A stretch of 29,876 nucleotides of DNA from a virus (Duplodnaviria; Caudoviricetes). Shown here one piece after another: positions 8,513-18,081 of this stretch (position 1 is its first letter; the number at the start of each line of letters is the position of its first letter). Made by a program: the position numbers and the translations under genes. The stretch covers positions 1-29,876 of IMG/VR virus record IMGVR_UViG_3300043256_000073; one strand, written 5' to 3'. A model generated the notes under the pieces. That model had not been told where the DNA came from, did no database searches, and saw only the letters and a list, made by a program, of their open reading frames with translations.

Positions 8513-8694
8513 TACTCAGGATATATGTGAACTCTCTTTCGGTTCCCTAAAATAAGAGCCTTAAAAATTGATTTAAAAACTCCATTCTCATAAGCACGGA
8601 ATAATCCGTAACTAGAGAGGAGATAAGTTATCCCCAATAATTTCAGGACGTTCTTCAACATGCTTCTTGGCCCATTCAGGATCAGAGATACCAT
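8503..8694 (-). CDS. Possible small hypothetical protein
   Basis: Fills the ~100 nt gap between neighbours but overlaps 8612-9022. Start is uncertain. Confidence 0.3.
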   Translation of the reverse strand: MVSLILNGPRSMLKNVLKLLGITYLLSSYGLFRAYENGVFKSIFKALILGNRKRVHIYPEYWL

Positions 8695-9022
8695 AATGTG
8701 AATCCATACTCAGCATCATAGCCATTTCCATCTGACCGTGTTCATCAAGAAGTTCCCATGCTTCCTTTAATCTATCTTCTGGATGCCCCGAAATACACTT
8801 TCTCTCAGCTCTAGATATTTCTGATTCTCTAACTCCTGGACCAGCACTTCTGAATCTGTGCATCCTGTCCATTACTTTCTCCTTAATTTCTTTTGAAGAA
8901 AGTAATTTCTTGGTATCAGTTATAACTGAACCATATGAATCAATATAAGTGAAAGTAATCTTATCATCTTTAATAATAGCTTTCGCACCGTTCATCAAAT
9001 GAGGAAATTCACTTTTCATCAT
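8612..9022 (-). CDS. Hypothetical protein
   Basis: 136 aa ORF on the operon strand, overlapping the upstream stop. Confidence 0.6.
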   Translation of the reverse strand: MMKSEFPHLMNGAKAIIKDDKITFTYIDSYGSVITDTKKLLSSKEIKEKVMDRMHRFRSAGPGVRESEISRAERKCISGHPEDRLKEAWELLDEHGQMEMAMMLSMDSHYGISDPEWAKKHVEERPEIIGDNLSPL

Positions 9023-9263
9023 TTGGCAAAGACCTATAATGATTCATAAGTTCCCAGTAAGAGTGATTAATAGGAATATTAGATTCTAGTCCCTTATGAT
9101 CTGCTAGAATATTTCCAATTCTTCTTAGACATTCTCTTTTCTCGGATGGAAAGATCGCCCTCTTAATCTTAGTTGCTAACGGAACTGATTCTGGTTGTGG
9201 TTTCTTTTCTATTTCCCTTTCATTAGGGACTTCTCTAATCGCAGCCAGTATATCTAAAACCAT
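9009..9263 (-). CDS. Hypothetical protein
   Basis: 84 aa, strong SD TAAGGAG. Confidence 0.7.
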   Translation of the reverse strand: MVLDILAAIREVPNEREIEKKPQPESVPLATKIKRAIFPSEKRECLRRIGNILADHKGLESNIPINHSYWELMNHYRSLPNDEK

Positions 9264-9331
9264 GAAACTCCTTAAAATGCGCGTGGTAAAGTATGCGACG
9301 CCCCACTTTGAATCCCCCGGCAGGGGATTAT

Positions 9332-9667
9332 TTAAGTTCTTGCCAATAACAATGCTGCATACTTAGCTGTATCAGGATTATACACCAAGATAACAGATTC
9401 ATTCACTCCAGGATCCCATGAAGCATCAGCACCCCCGAGTAGAATATTACCTGTCTCTACAATCTGACCCGGATTAGCATTAGTGAATGTAAGAAGCAGC
9501 ATATGCACCCCCGTTACTGGAGGCGTAACAGTTGCCAAATCATTCGTTCCTGATAAAAGGGTCAGAAATGTAGTTGGTGCAATAGTAGCAGCAGAAGCAA
9601 TAGTTCTCACTCCCTGCTGTTGTTCACTTTGGACCGTCGATAAATCCTGGAAATTAAGGTCAGTCAT
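9332..9667 (-). CDS. Putative capsid decoration/cement protein
   Basis: 111 aa, A/T/G-rich beta protein immediately after the MCP. SD AAGGA. Confidence 0.55.
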   Translation of the reverse strand: MTDLNFQDLSTVQSEQQQGVRTIASAATIAPTTFLTLLSGTNDLATVTPPVTGVHMLLLTFTNANPGQIVETGNILLGGADASWDPGVNESVILVYNPDTAKYAALLLART

Positions 9668-9684
9668 AATGTTTATTCCTTTCC

Positions 9685-10935
9685 CTAATATCCCGCTGGA
9701 ACTGCCAAAGCATCAATGTATGCCGTAGCAGCAGGATTGTTAACGAAGGTCTGCATACCAACAACCATGTAGAAGATATCTGCGGTAGCCACACCACCTG
9801 ACGGACCACGAAGCTCGAAGATACGTCGTCCATCTGTAGTGTAGAAACCAATAGGTAGAATTTCTCCCCTACCCCAAACAGAGTCTACAACGAAGTCGAT
9901 ACGAGTCTTATCCCAGTTATAAGATTCTTTTACTGGAGCACCGGCCATGCTCATACCATCGAAGTAGAGATCAAGTCTCTCTTCTGTCGGCTTCTTATAA
10001 ATCTGGGTAACTAATTGTCCAATTTCCTCATAAGCCTGTTTCTGTGCTGGATGCATCCAGGCTTTAGGTTGGAAATTATTATCAATACCTACTCTGTTAC
10101 CAATCTTGTTTACTGCTAGTCTCGGTAATGGTAGAGTAAGTGCTGCCGAAGCAGCATTAACTCTATTGCTTCTAATTTCAGGGGTAGTTGCGCGGCTGAA
10201 CCCAAGCCATGTTCCAGTAGAAGCATTAGAGTGATGATACGGAACACCAAACAACGCCGGTAAGGATGTAGGAGAAGTAATACCAGCAGTTACAATTAGA
10301 TCACCAGCAACAACACCAGCAATCTGTGGAGTAATACTGATAGTCTTATTCTCTACATCCCACTGTGTAAGTTCACCACTACCACGATTAGTAGCTAGTG
10401 TCGAATCAAAGACTTGAACTGGTTGTCCAAATCTCATCAAACGAGCACCAAAACCATCAGTAGTAAGTGTAATTACATTTGCACCCGCAGCAGGGGTATC
10501 AGTGGTAACAGTTCCAATGACACCATCACCAGCTTGCATCATCTGAGAATCGAGCTGACGCCTTAGCTCATCTAATGCAGTAGCAGTCAATCGACGGACA
10601 GTACTGACGACAGCCTTACGAGCATCATCAGTTGACCACTGTGCTAACTTCGTATACTCAATGTTTTCTGACACGAATACAGAAGTAAGCACAGCTTTGT
10701 CGAATTGCTGCGCTCCACCACGTCCTAAGTCTCCACCGTCAGCATTAAAATACTGAAAGCTTCCACCCGGACGTAGCTCAAGAGGAACGCGCATTTGTCT
10801 ATTAGAGATACGTTGCACGTCCCTTTTCTTAATGCTTGAGTAGAACTTATCGTCCCTCTCAAACACTACACGAATCTTTGGAATAACTCTTTCTAATTCC
10901 AAAGCTTCTACTTGTGCTTCTGTTAATGCAGCCAA
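9685..10935 (-). CDS. Major capsid protein (HK97 fold)
   Basis: 416 aa following the scaffold. Long spine helix (RRLTATALDELRRQLDSQMMQAGDG), beta insertion domain, LFGV and C-terminal NPAATAYI. TTG start with AGGA SD. Confidence 0.85.
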   Translation of the reverse strand: MAALTEAQVEALELERVIPKIRVVFERDDKFYSSIKKRDVQRISNRQMRVPLELRPGGSFQYFNADGGDLGRGGAQQFDKAVLTSVFVSENIEYTKLAQWSTDDARKAVVSTVRRLTATALDELRRQLDSQMMQAGDGVIGTVTTDTPAAGANVITLTTDGFGARLMRFGQPVQVFDSTLATNRGSGELTQWDVENKTISITPQIAGVVAGDLIVTAGITSPTSLPALFGVPYHHSNASTGTWLGFSRATTPEIRSNRVNAASAALTLPLPRLAVNKIGNRVGIDNNFQPKAWMHPAQKQAYEEIGQLVTQIYKKPTEERLDLYFDGMSMAGAPVKESYNWDKTRIDFVVDSVWGRGEILPIGFYTTDGRRIFELRGPSGGVATADIFYMVVGMQTFVNNPAATAYIDALAVPAGY

Positions 10936-10943
10936 TTTAGATC

Positions 10944-12155
10944 CTATTCATTAAAAAAGTCTAAGGTTGACATTCCCCTTCCATCTTTTGAGTTTCCTTT
11001 TGTGGACGGTCTATCGCCTGGGAGCCGTCTCTCCCCAGTTTCTGAGCTTCGAGATTTATCACCACTTGATCTTTTCCCCAATCCCTTTAGGGCTTCGTCT
11101 CGGGATTTTCTAATCACAGATGGTAATAGAGTCTTAGCTTTAGACAAGTATGTTGAACGAATCTTACTTACTGTGGCTGGAGAATAATTAGCCGCAGCAG
11201 CTTTTTTCCATAATCCATCAAGAATCTTACCAAACCTATCATCTTGATCGATTGCACTTTCTACCTGTTCCATTGAATCCCTGATAGCATTTCTCCTCAC
11301 ATAAGAAGTCATTACCTCTTTGGGATCAATATATCCCGAAATAGTGGACTTTAGTTGATTACCTATTCGAGTTGACAAATCATCACGAACAGTTTCAAAT
11401 CTTTGTGCATTAAACTCTCTTCTTTCTCTAGCTAACTTACTATCTCCCTCATCAGGATCTCTAGTTAGTCGTTCTGTAGCCTTGAAATCAGAAGTTCCAA
11501 ACACAAATTGATTGACTAATTGAGCCGCAGCTTGTAGTTGCTTGTTATCAACTCTTTTGGCTTCACCTGCCATACCCGTAATGAGCTTGTTGACCATCCC
11601 ACTAACAACATGCTGGTAGGCTTTAGTGTCAATCCTACTTAAAGTTTCAAGATAGGTGTCCGCAATTTTATTGAAAGCTTCTGGATCACTTTCTTTAACA
11701 GCAGTAAGAATGGATACTGTACTACCATCCATTAACTCCTGCTCATAATTATCTAATGTTCCTGCCTTCTCAGAAGCTTCTTTTGCATCATCTACCGTTC
11801 CAAATAATTCTGTATAATCTTTATCCCTATAAAATGCCTTTTCAAGATAAGGAAAATCTTTAAATACTTTAGGATACTTAGCTAATATTTCTTGTCGCCT
11901 AACAGGAGTGATGAGATCATCATCTTTTGGCTCCTTATCCTCATCATCCTCCTCATCCTTTAACTCAATTTCTTTCTCATCCTTCTCTTCATCTTTCTCT
12001 TCCTTTACTTCTTTTTCCTCCTTCTTTTCCTCCTCTTTCTCTACTTCCTTTTCCTCATCTTCCTTACCAGGATCATCATCTCCTAAAAGATCGAGAATCT
12101 GATCTTTAGTAAGTTCTCCATCTTGAATAGTACCAGACGATAATTCTTCTGCCAT
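10944..12155 (-). CDS. Capsid scaffolding protein
   Basis: 403 aa with an extremely acidic N-terminus, helical middle and basic disordered tail ending STLDFFNE. Between portal and MCP. Confidence 0.75.
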   Translation of the reverse strand: MAEELSSGTIQDGELTKDQILDLLGDDDPGKEDEEKEVEKEEEKKEEKEVKEEKDEEKDEKEIELKDEEDDEDKEPKDDDLITPVRRQEILAKYPKVFKDFPYLEKAFYRDKDYTELFGTVDDAKEASEKAGTLDNYEQELMDGSTVSILTAVKESDPEAFNKIADTYLETLSRIDTKAYQHVVSGMVNKLITGMAGEAKRVDNKQLQAAAQLVNQFVFGTSDFKATERLTRDPDEGDSKLARERREFNAQRFETVRDDLSTRIGNQLKSTISGYIDPKEVMTSYVRRNAIRDSMEQVESAIDQDDRFGKILDGLWKKAAAANYSPATVSKIRSTYLSKAKTLLPSVIRKSRDEALKGLGKRSSGDKSRSSETGERRLPGDRPSTKGNSKDGRGMSTLDFFNE

Positions 12156-14374
12156 TATACTGTCTCCTCTGTGGGCGCCCCTTCACTTCCAGGTTGTGGG
12201 AGTTGCGCCATTTGTTGTTGTATTACAATTTGCATATGCATTTTCATGTGTAACAGAACATTCTTATATCCCAAAGGACTTTCTTGCTTAGCTAATTGTC
12301 CCTCCTCAGAAATTAACCACGATCTACAAATTTCTGCTTGAACGGCATTATTATCCACATCTGGATCAATCTCAACAGATGGAATTTCTATAGGTATAGC
12401 CTGTCCAGTTACCGGATCAGGAATCTCAGTAGGTAGTGGTTCTGAATTAATTAGCAGATTGATTTCTTCATACTGCTTTAATCTATCTGCCTCACCTGGA
12501 ATGACGAATTGATTTAACCCAATAGCTTGAGAAATAAAGGGTAAATTCTCAGGAGAAGTTAAAGCTTCTAGAATTGTAGGATTATTAAGTTCCATAAGAC
12601 GCATTATAACGTCCTTCATCTGCGTCCATGTAGTAGGTAGATTTTCATCGGCTTCTAATTCAATTCTACCTATCTTACCCTGTAATTCTGCCTTACGAAT
12701 AACTACGTTTATAAAATTACCTACTGAATTTTCTTTAACAAATACTTCATCCTCCTCAACACTCTTTATATAAGCAGGTATAACTTTACTGAATATTGTT
12801 TTCCACCAAATAATCAACATCTTCCAGGTAGTGCCTAATCTCTGTTGAGCCTGTGCGCGACTCATTGAATATTGTGCGGCAGTTTCACCACTACCCGGCA
12901 TTGAACCACCAAATAAACTTGGAAGCGCACCTGAAACTAACTGACCATAGTTCTGTATTTCTCTACCAAAGGGCATTACTTCTCGTGATAGAGTAGCTGT
13001 TTTAGTCTCAAAAAATGCTTCACCAACATTCTTTCCACCTTGGGGTCTTACAGGATATATAGAACCGGGTGATACTTCAGTCTGTCTGTATTGATCGAAG
13101 TTTAGGACCGAGGGATCTGCAAAAGTTTGAGATATACCATGCTCGATAGTTTGTAAGACAAGCGATACCAACTCATTGGTAATATCTTGGATAGACGTGA
13201 GCAAGAGGCCAAGCGGATCATGATGCAAATGATCCGAAAGAGGATTCTTCGTAAGAGTCCAATGATCGTCAAGACACTCACCGACTGGATCTTCTGCAAT
13301 CTCTTCATTAGCTAGTATTATCCTTGCACCATTAGGAAATTCTTTTTTCAGTCTATCTGCTTTTTCTTCATCCAGAACATTGAAGGAAGCAGGACGTAAC
13401 CAACAACATCTAACAGTAGTTACTTCAGTGGGATACTCATTCTGATATTGAGGATTTAACCTTCCCCATCTTTCATAAGGATCATATATTCCACCAGCAT
13501 CATAACCTGTTTTGGACTGCCAATCCCAACCCTCTCTCAGATCAGGAAATCTCTGCATTACGATGGAGTAATGTTCCTCATATGAAAAGAATAGATAGGG
13601 GCACTGTTTTTGTGTTATAGCATAGTTAGGAACCTTCACATATAGCCCGCCATATACTTCCATTATTTGGCGAGATTTAGGCTCATCTATTATGCCAGCA
13701 AGTCTTGTAACAGTTAGTGGGGTTTTCTGTAATGAAGGATCTATTTCATTTTCACATCCAGGGCAATTTAAGGGCTGTGGATCATATTCGTCTGGATTAA
13801 TACCAGCGAAGAGTTCATCTAGTTCTAAATTACAGGTAGGGCAGTTATAATGTTCCTCATCTACTTCCTCATAATTATGCTTCTTATATGTTCCAAACTC
13901 TTCATCTTTCTTAGTATAATTATAACAAGCAATTAAACCTTCGGTAACGTATACATAAAGAGCATGAAGCCAAAGTAGAGAAACATCATTATGCTTATAA
14001 ACGAGTTCTGCAATTCTATCCCCTGCTTTAGCTGTAGACAAGTCATTGGGATTCTTGGCATCATCAGGAATACACTTTATTGGTGGAATAATAATTGAAA
14101 GCGCAGCAATAATAGACTCTAGATACGCGCGGAATACATTTACTGGTTTATCATAGTAATCATTATTGTATTCACCCTCTGTATTAACATTATCAAATAT
14201 TCGCCAATCATGCGCGACTTCACTCCACCATACATTATCAAAACCATCCCAATATAACTTTAATCGACGCCAGAGACGTATCTGTCTATCACGGACAGCC
14301 CTATCCTCTTGATCAAAGTGATCAACAACTGCCTTCAAATCAATACGAATTTCTTCGTCTACTTTATGAGGCAT
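12155..14374 (-). CDS. Portal protein (with zinc-ribbon insertion)
   Basis: 739 aa between TerL and scaffold. N.FR.Y.ESI.A.L, D...A..GD, SIQDITNEL, LVSGALPSLFG...ETA motifs and Q-rich C-terminus typical of podovirus portals. Confidence 0.85.
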   Translation of the reverse strand: MPHKVDEEIRIDLKAVVDHFDQEDRAVRDRQIRLWRRLKLYWDGFDNVWWSEVAHDWRIFDNVNTEGEYNNDYYDKPVNVFRAYLESIIAALSIIIPPIKCIPDDAKNPNDLSTAKAGDRIAELVYKHNDVSLLWLHALYVYVTEGLIACYNYTKKDEEFGTYKKHNYEEVDEEHYNCPTCNLELDELFAGINPDEYDPQPLNCPGCENEIDPSLQKTPLTVTRLAGIIDEPKSRQIMEVYGGLYVKVPNYAITQKQCPYLFFSYEEHYSIVMQRFPDLREGWDWQSKTGYDAGGIYDPYERWGRLNPQYQNEYPTEVTTVRCCWLRPASFNVLDEEKADRLKKEFPNGARIILANEEIAEDPVGECLDDHWTLTKNPLSDHLHHDPLGLLLTSIQDITNELVSLVLQTIEHGISQTFADPSVLNFDQYRQTEVSPGSIYPVRPQGGKNVGEAFFETKTATLSREVMPFGREIQNYGQLVSGALPSLFGGSMPGSGETAAQYSMSRAQAQQRLGTTWKMLIIWWKTIFSKVIPAYIKSVEEDEVFVKENSVGNFINVVIRKAELQGKIGRIELEADENLPTTWTQMKDVIMRLMELNNPTILEALTSPENLPFISQAIGLNQFVIPGEADRLKQYEEINLLINSEPLPTEIPDPVTGQAIPIEIPSVEIDPDVDNNAVQAEICRSWLISEEGQLAKQESPLGYKNVLLHMKMHMQIVIQQQMAQLPQPGSEGAPTEETV

Positions 14375-14610
14375 CAGTAAACACGCTCGAAGAGAGGATT
14401 TTCTAAAATAGGAATCTCATCTCCATCTTTCAGTTCCCTAAATGACTCTGATTCAATTACCAAAAACATGTCACCAGATTGGTCATGTCCTGCTCTAATG
14501 AACTTGGCATCTTGAGGCAATTCATTTTTAACTATTCTGGTTTTCTCTGCACCATTCTTACATAGCTCTAGAAGTATGTAGGAACTAACTCGTAAAATAG
14601 CATGTTTCAT
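14374..14610 (-). CDS. Hypothetical protein
   Basis: 78 aa, LPQDAKF...LVIESESF..L.DGDEIP. TGATG-coupled to the portal. Confidence 0.7.
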   Translation of the reverse strand: MKHAILRVSSYILLELCKNGAEKTRIVKNELPQDAKFIRAGHDQSGDMFLVIESESFRELKDGDEIPILENPLFERVY

Positions 14611-14611
14611 T

Positions 14612-14785
14612 TTAGTAACCAGGATTATGAGACTTCTTAGACCATTTAGATCGTTTATGTGCTGGAGTCTTTTCTATCATCTCCTTAGCTACTTCTGGAG
14701 ATGGACCAACACCCTTACCTTTCTTCTTTTTACCATGCACCATCAATTGCATAAAACGATACTGTTTACCTGATTCTGCTGGCAT
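14612..14785 (-). CDS. 57 aa basic protein (MPAxSxKQxRFM type), below track cutoff
   Basis: MPAESGKQYRFMQLMVHGKKKKGKGVGPSPEVAKEMIEKTPAHKRSKWSKKSHNPGY*. TAATG-coupled and exactly fills the gap. Confidence 0.75.
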   Translation of the reverse strand: MPAESGKQYRFMQLMVHGKKKKGKGVGPSPEVAKEMIEKTPAHKRSKWSKKSHNPGY

Positions 14786-15117
14786 TATCCAACCCCACCA
14801 CCATAACGATTAGGTGATAAACCTGGTGAACCACCGATTCTAAAAGTGGGAGAACGCTTAGTTCCCTGAAAATCGGTCCTACCAGTTCCCCCACCTTGAC
14901 CTTTACGAGCTTTACCAGAACCTCTGCTAGCTAAATCTTGTACTTGTGAAGTCTTACTACGAGGGGCTCCTCCACTTATTGACTGCGCAGTCCTACCACC
15001 CGGTATAGCCCCACCACCTATATTTGCAAGCCATTTCGCAAAAACAGGATCTCTAATACTGGTGAAACTAGGCCCCCCTGCCCGGATAAAATCTTCAGCT
15101 CTATCACTTTGACCCAT
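14785..15117 (-). CDS. Gly/Arg/Ser-rich basic disordered protein (possible internal DNA-binding virion protein)
   Basis: About 110 aa from ATG 15117. Low complexity, strongly basic. Confidence 0.6.
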   Translation of the reverse strand: MGQSDRAEDFIRAGGPSFTSIRDPVFAKWLANIGGGAIPGGRTAQSISGGAPRSKTSQVQDLASRGSGKARKGQGGGTGRTDFQGTKRSPTFRIGGSPGLSPNRYGGGVG

Positions 15118-15478
15118 CAGCAACCCCTAATTCTTTTTCTAATTTAGATACTTCTCCATCATCTTTCCCACCCAACTCCTTAGCTTTAGCTCTAAGCAAT
15201 CTAGCTTCCTCCCTACTTTCAGCTTCTAATTCTCTCTTTCTTATCTGCCAAGAAACATTAGTGATAATAGGCTTAATATCAGCAGGAATTTCTGGTCTGA
15301 CTATGGGAGTAGGACTATTCATCTCCTTAATAGTAGTGAGGAGAAGTTTCTTTTCAGAATTAGCTAATTCTAACTGACTCTGTAAAACTTCACAAGTAGA
15401 ACACTTATCCTTCTCACGCTTCTCTTCTAGACAGCGATCGCAGTGAGGCCGAAGAATTCTATGTAACCAATGAAACAT
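15104..15478 (-). CDS. Cys-containing coiled-coil hypothetical protein
   Basis: 124 aa, HCDRC...CSTC followed by a heptad pattern. Directly after TerL. Confidence 0.7.
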   Translation of the reverse strand: MFHWLHRILRPHCDRCLEEKREKDKCSTCEVLQSQLELANSEKKLLLTTIKEMNSPTPIVRPEIPADIKPIITNVSWQIRKRELEAESREEARLLRAKAKELGGKDDGEVSKLEKELGVADGSK

Positions 15479-15481
15479 AAA

Positions 15482-17149
15482 TCACCTAGCTCCATGATGA
15501 TACCTACTTACAGGCCGAATAGCATTCTCACCAGATTCTGTCTTACGCATTTCTCTGTAGAAAGCCGTCCAGTCACTATTCTTTTCCAAAGTTTGGACTA
15601 ACTCTTCTTGCTTCTGAACTTTAGTAAATTCTTCCTTAGCTTCATCAAAGTATCTTTCAACACTATCTATAAGGTATCGAATTCCATCGTAAGGATCATC
15701 ACCATTGAATTCTGCAACATCTTCAACCTTAACCTTGTCATACACACATGCCTTAATAGCATTGACAACTTCAGGCTTATCTTTTTCCTCATTACAATCT
15801 TTGAATATAAGCAGCTTAGGTAAATTCTTCTCAGGTTCAGATTCATTAAATGTAGCTATATAAGCCTTATATTCTCTTGGTGGACGATTACGGAGAATCC
15901 ACATGGCATATTCGTCATCATAAGTTCCAACATCAACTTCAGGAATATGCTTTGGCCTCCATCTAAGATATTCATGTAATAAAGCTTTGCCCGCAACACG
16001 CGATCCAGGTGAATTACTAGTTAGCTCAATAGGAACACCTAATGCATTTGATAATTGTTGTTGAATCGTTAATTCCTGTCCTCTATCTTGTCCAGCACTC
16101 TTACAGAATTTAACAACCCTGGGATGCTCCTTATCTATATATTGCTTAACATAAGGTGCCCATTCTTCAATTTTAACTCTCTTACTTTTTCCATCACCAA
16201 AAGTCTGTTCCCTATAAAGAATAACTCTTCTTTCAGGAGATATCGCAGCATGACCTATCCATGTCATAGCTGCATAACCCCAATCTCCTACAACAATACG
16301 AGGCCACCAATCTGGAATATCAAATGAGTCAATAACATGCAAAGCATTATCTGGCTCATCTGGATAATGTTTATCTCTAAATTCCTCAAAGACTGATCCT
16401 TCATATGCATCCCAACGTCCATAGAGTTTAGCTTGTTTCTCTGCTTCAGGTAGAGCCTCCAATGATTTTATATATTCAGGATCTATATGAGGATTATCAT
16501 AAATATTCGCTGGAATAAATATTCTCTGAATACCAGATGGACCCCTTAATCTTACTCCACCTTCAGGGTGAGGGTCGATGAAGCGTTTTCTAACCCAATT
16601 ATGTCCAGTATTACCAGGATTAGAAGCACTCCTGGAAATCATTGGCAGATTGGAATACTTCTTTTTTCTAACCCTCTCTAATACTATGTAAAGATACTGC
16701 CATTCAGTAAACGATGTTAATTCGTCAAATGCAGCGTAATTAGGCTGCATAGAATCATACATGTGAACATCATCTTCATTCTCACAATGCGCGAAAAAGA
16801 ATAGTGCCCCTGCTCCCTGTGGACTCTTCGATCTGTTTAATCCTGATGCTCTAGAAAAGTCCCAAATCTTATCAGTAGTATTATACTTACCACCAACTAG
16901 GGGAAATAATTTCTTGGATCTAGGTATAACCTCATTCTTCAACTCTGGAAATGTTCGCCGTAAGAATATACCTTTAAAATCTCTGTCCTCATGCCATTTA
17001 TTTAGTATCGGACATACTAATAGAACGTCTGTTTTACCTGCTCCAAGAGCACCAGCATAGAAAGCTTCCTTAATAGAGTTTGGTATGGATAGAAATAAAC
17101 TCTGTTTAGGAGTAGGTTTCCATTCGTTGTCATTTGTGCGTGTTGCCAT
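15482..17149 (-). CDS. terL: Terminase large subunit
   Basis: 555 aa. PTPKQ adenine motif, Walker A GALGAGKT, Walker B YAAFDELTSF, SASNPG, nuclease DWGY and DDPYDGIRY. Confidence 0.95.
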   Translation of the reverse strand: MATRTNDNEWKPTPKQSLFLSIPNSIKEAFYAGALGAGKTDVLLVCPILNKWHEDRDFKGIFLRRTFPELKNEVIPRSKKLFPLVGGKYNTTDKIWDFSRASGLNRSKSPQGAGALFFFAHCENEDDVHMYDSMQPNYAAFDELTSFTEWQYLYIVLERVRKKKYSNLPMISRSASNPGNTGHNWVRKRFIDPHPEGGVRLRGPSGIQRIFIPANIYDNPHIDPEYIKSLEALPEAEKQAKLYGRWDAYEGSVFEEFRDKHYPDEPDNALHVIDSFDIPDWWPRIVVGDWGYAAMTWIGHAAISPERRVILYREQTFGDGKSKRVKIEEWAPYVKQYIDKEHPRVVKFCKSAGQDRGQELTIQQQLSNALGVPIELTSNSPGSRVAGKALLHEYLRWRPKHIPEVDVGTYDDEYAMWILRNRPPREYKAYIATFNESEPEKNLPKLLIFKDCNEEKDKPEVVNAIKACVYDKVKVEDVAEFNGDDPYDGIRYLIDSVERYFDEAKEEFTKVQKQEELVQTLEKNSDWTAFYREMRKTESGENAIRPVSRYHHGAR

Positions 17150-17315
17150 ATTTCTCTACTAAAATATTACTAGCTTCAATGACAAGACGATCAGCAAGTT
17201 CATCTGCTTCTTCTTTAGTATAGAAACTAGATAACACCCTTCCATTTGCCTTCCAATTCTGATCATCTTCGTAATTACAAATAAGAATCTCTACTATATA
17301 TTCTGGCTTAGACAT
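17130..17315 (-). CDS. Hypothetical protein
   Basis: 61 aa from ATG 17315 (MSKPEYIVEI...FYTKEEA). Overlaps the TerL start. Confidence 0.6.
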   Translation of the reverse strand: MSKPEYIVEILICNYEDDQNWKANGRVLSSFYTKEEADELADRLVIEASNILVEKYGNTHK

Positions 17316-17316
17316 A

Positions 17317-17400
17317 TTATAACAATCCAAAGAACCCTACTAAATAAAAGAGCCCTCCACCCAATGAGAGTAATGATACTGTGATTATTAACTCCCTCAT
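17317..17400 (-). CDS. 27 aa single-pass membrane peptide
   Basis: MRELIITVSLLSLGGGLFYLVGFFGLL*. GAGG upstream and tiles the gap exactly. Confidence 0.55.
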   Translation of the reverse strand: MRELIITVSLLSLGGGLFYLVGFFGLL

Positions 17401-17407
17401 TTGAACC

Positions 17408-17494
17408 TCAACTGAAAATGATCACAACGAAGGTAGCCACACCCAGACCTATCGAAAACCCTATAGCTAACCATAACCAATCAGTTCTGTTCAT
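17408..17494 (-). CDS. 28 aa single-pass membrane peptide
   Basis: MNRTDWLWLAIGFSIGLGVATFVVIIFS*. TAAGGTG upstream. Confidence 0.55.
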   Translation of the reverse strand: MNRTDWLWLAIGFSIGLGVATFVVIIFS

Positions 17495-17500
17495 AGCACC

Positions 17501-17728
17501 TTATTTTCTCCCTATTATTTCTGAAGTTTCAGCAGTATTAACACAAACTTGCCTCATGATAACCATTAATGTGTCCATTTCATGTTCATGATCGTCATTA
17601 TGGCTATTAATAGTTCCCATGAGACTAGTAGATAAGAAATATACTAGATAGATAAGTCCTGCACTTGGAACTCCTACAGCGGAGATAAACTTCATCCATA
17701 AAGGCATTCCATTATTTAGTGTTGTCAT
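17501..17728 (-). CDS. Membrane protein, holin-like (N-terminal TM plus helix)
   Basis: 75 aa, FISAVGVPSAGLIYLVYFL hydrophobic segment. TAATG-coupled. Confidence 0.55.
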   Translation of the reverse strand: MTTLNNGMPLWMKFISAVGVPSAGLIYLVYFLSTSLMGTINSHNDDHEHEMDTLMVIMRQVCVNTAETSEIIGRK

Positions 17729-18081
17729 TACTCTGAATACCTAGTCGTTTGGCAATTTAATTTACCGACTATTGCTCCACTACCAGCGGCCAAATTGAAT
17801 ACTAGAGCAGTATTTATACTACCTGGTAGAAACAGATCCATACTACCTTGACCACCTGCTATGATATCCACGTCTAGTATAGTGGTGCCTACACCATCTT
17901 CAACGAATAGTCTACCACCAGTAGGTGCAGCACTATATGACCACTGAATATGATGCGCGATGCGTCTATGACCATCAAGTGCTGCCAATGTAATAGTTAC
18001 AATGGTATTTGCTCCTGCTGTAGCATCATTAATTTCTGCGCTGGCAGGGCTGATTGATTGGCCTGTGGAAGTATTAATCAT
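17728..18081 (-). CDS. Small beta-sandwich structural protein
   Basis: About 117 aa, A/G/T-rich. ATG 18081 overlaps the upstream TGA. Confidence 0.65.
   Translation of the reverse strand: MINTSTGQSISPASAEINDATAGANTIVTITLAALDGHRRIAHHIQWSYSAAPTGGRLFVEDGVGTTILDVDIIAGGQGSMDLFLPGSINTALVFNLAAGSGAIVGKLNCQTTRYSE

Noticed and set aside
11908-12109. Plus-strand poly-Ser and Pro/His-rich ORFs
   Set aside because: Antisense shadows of the E/K/D-rich scaffold N-terminus.
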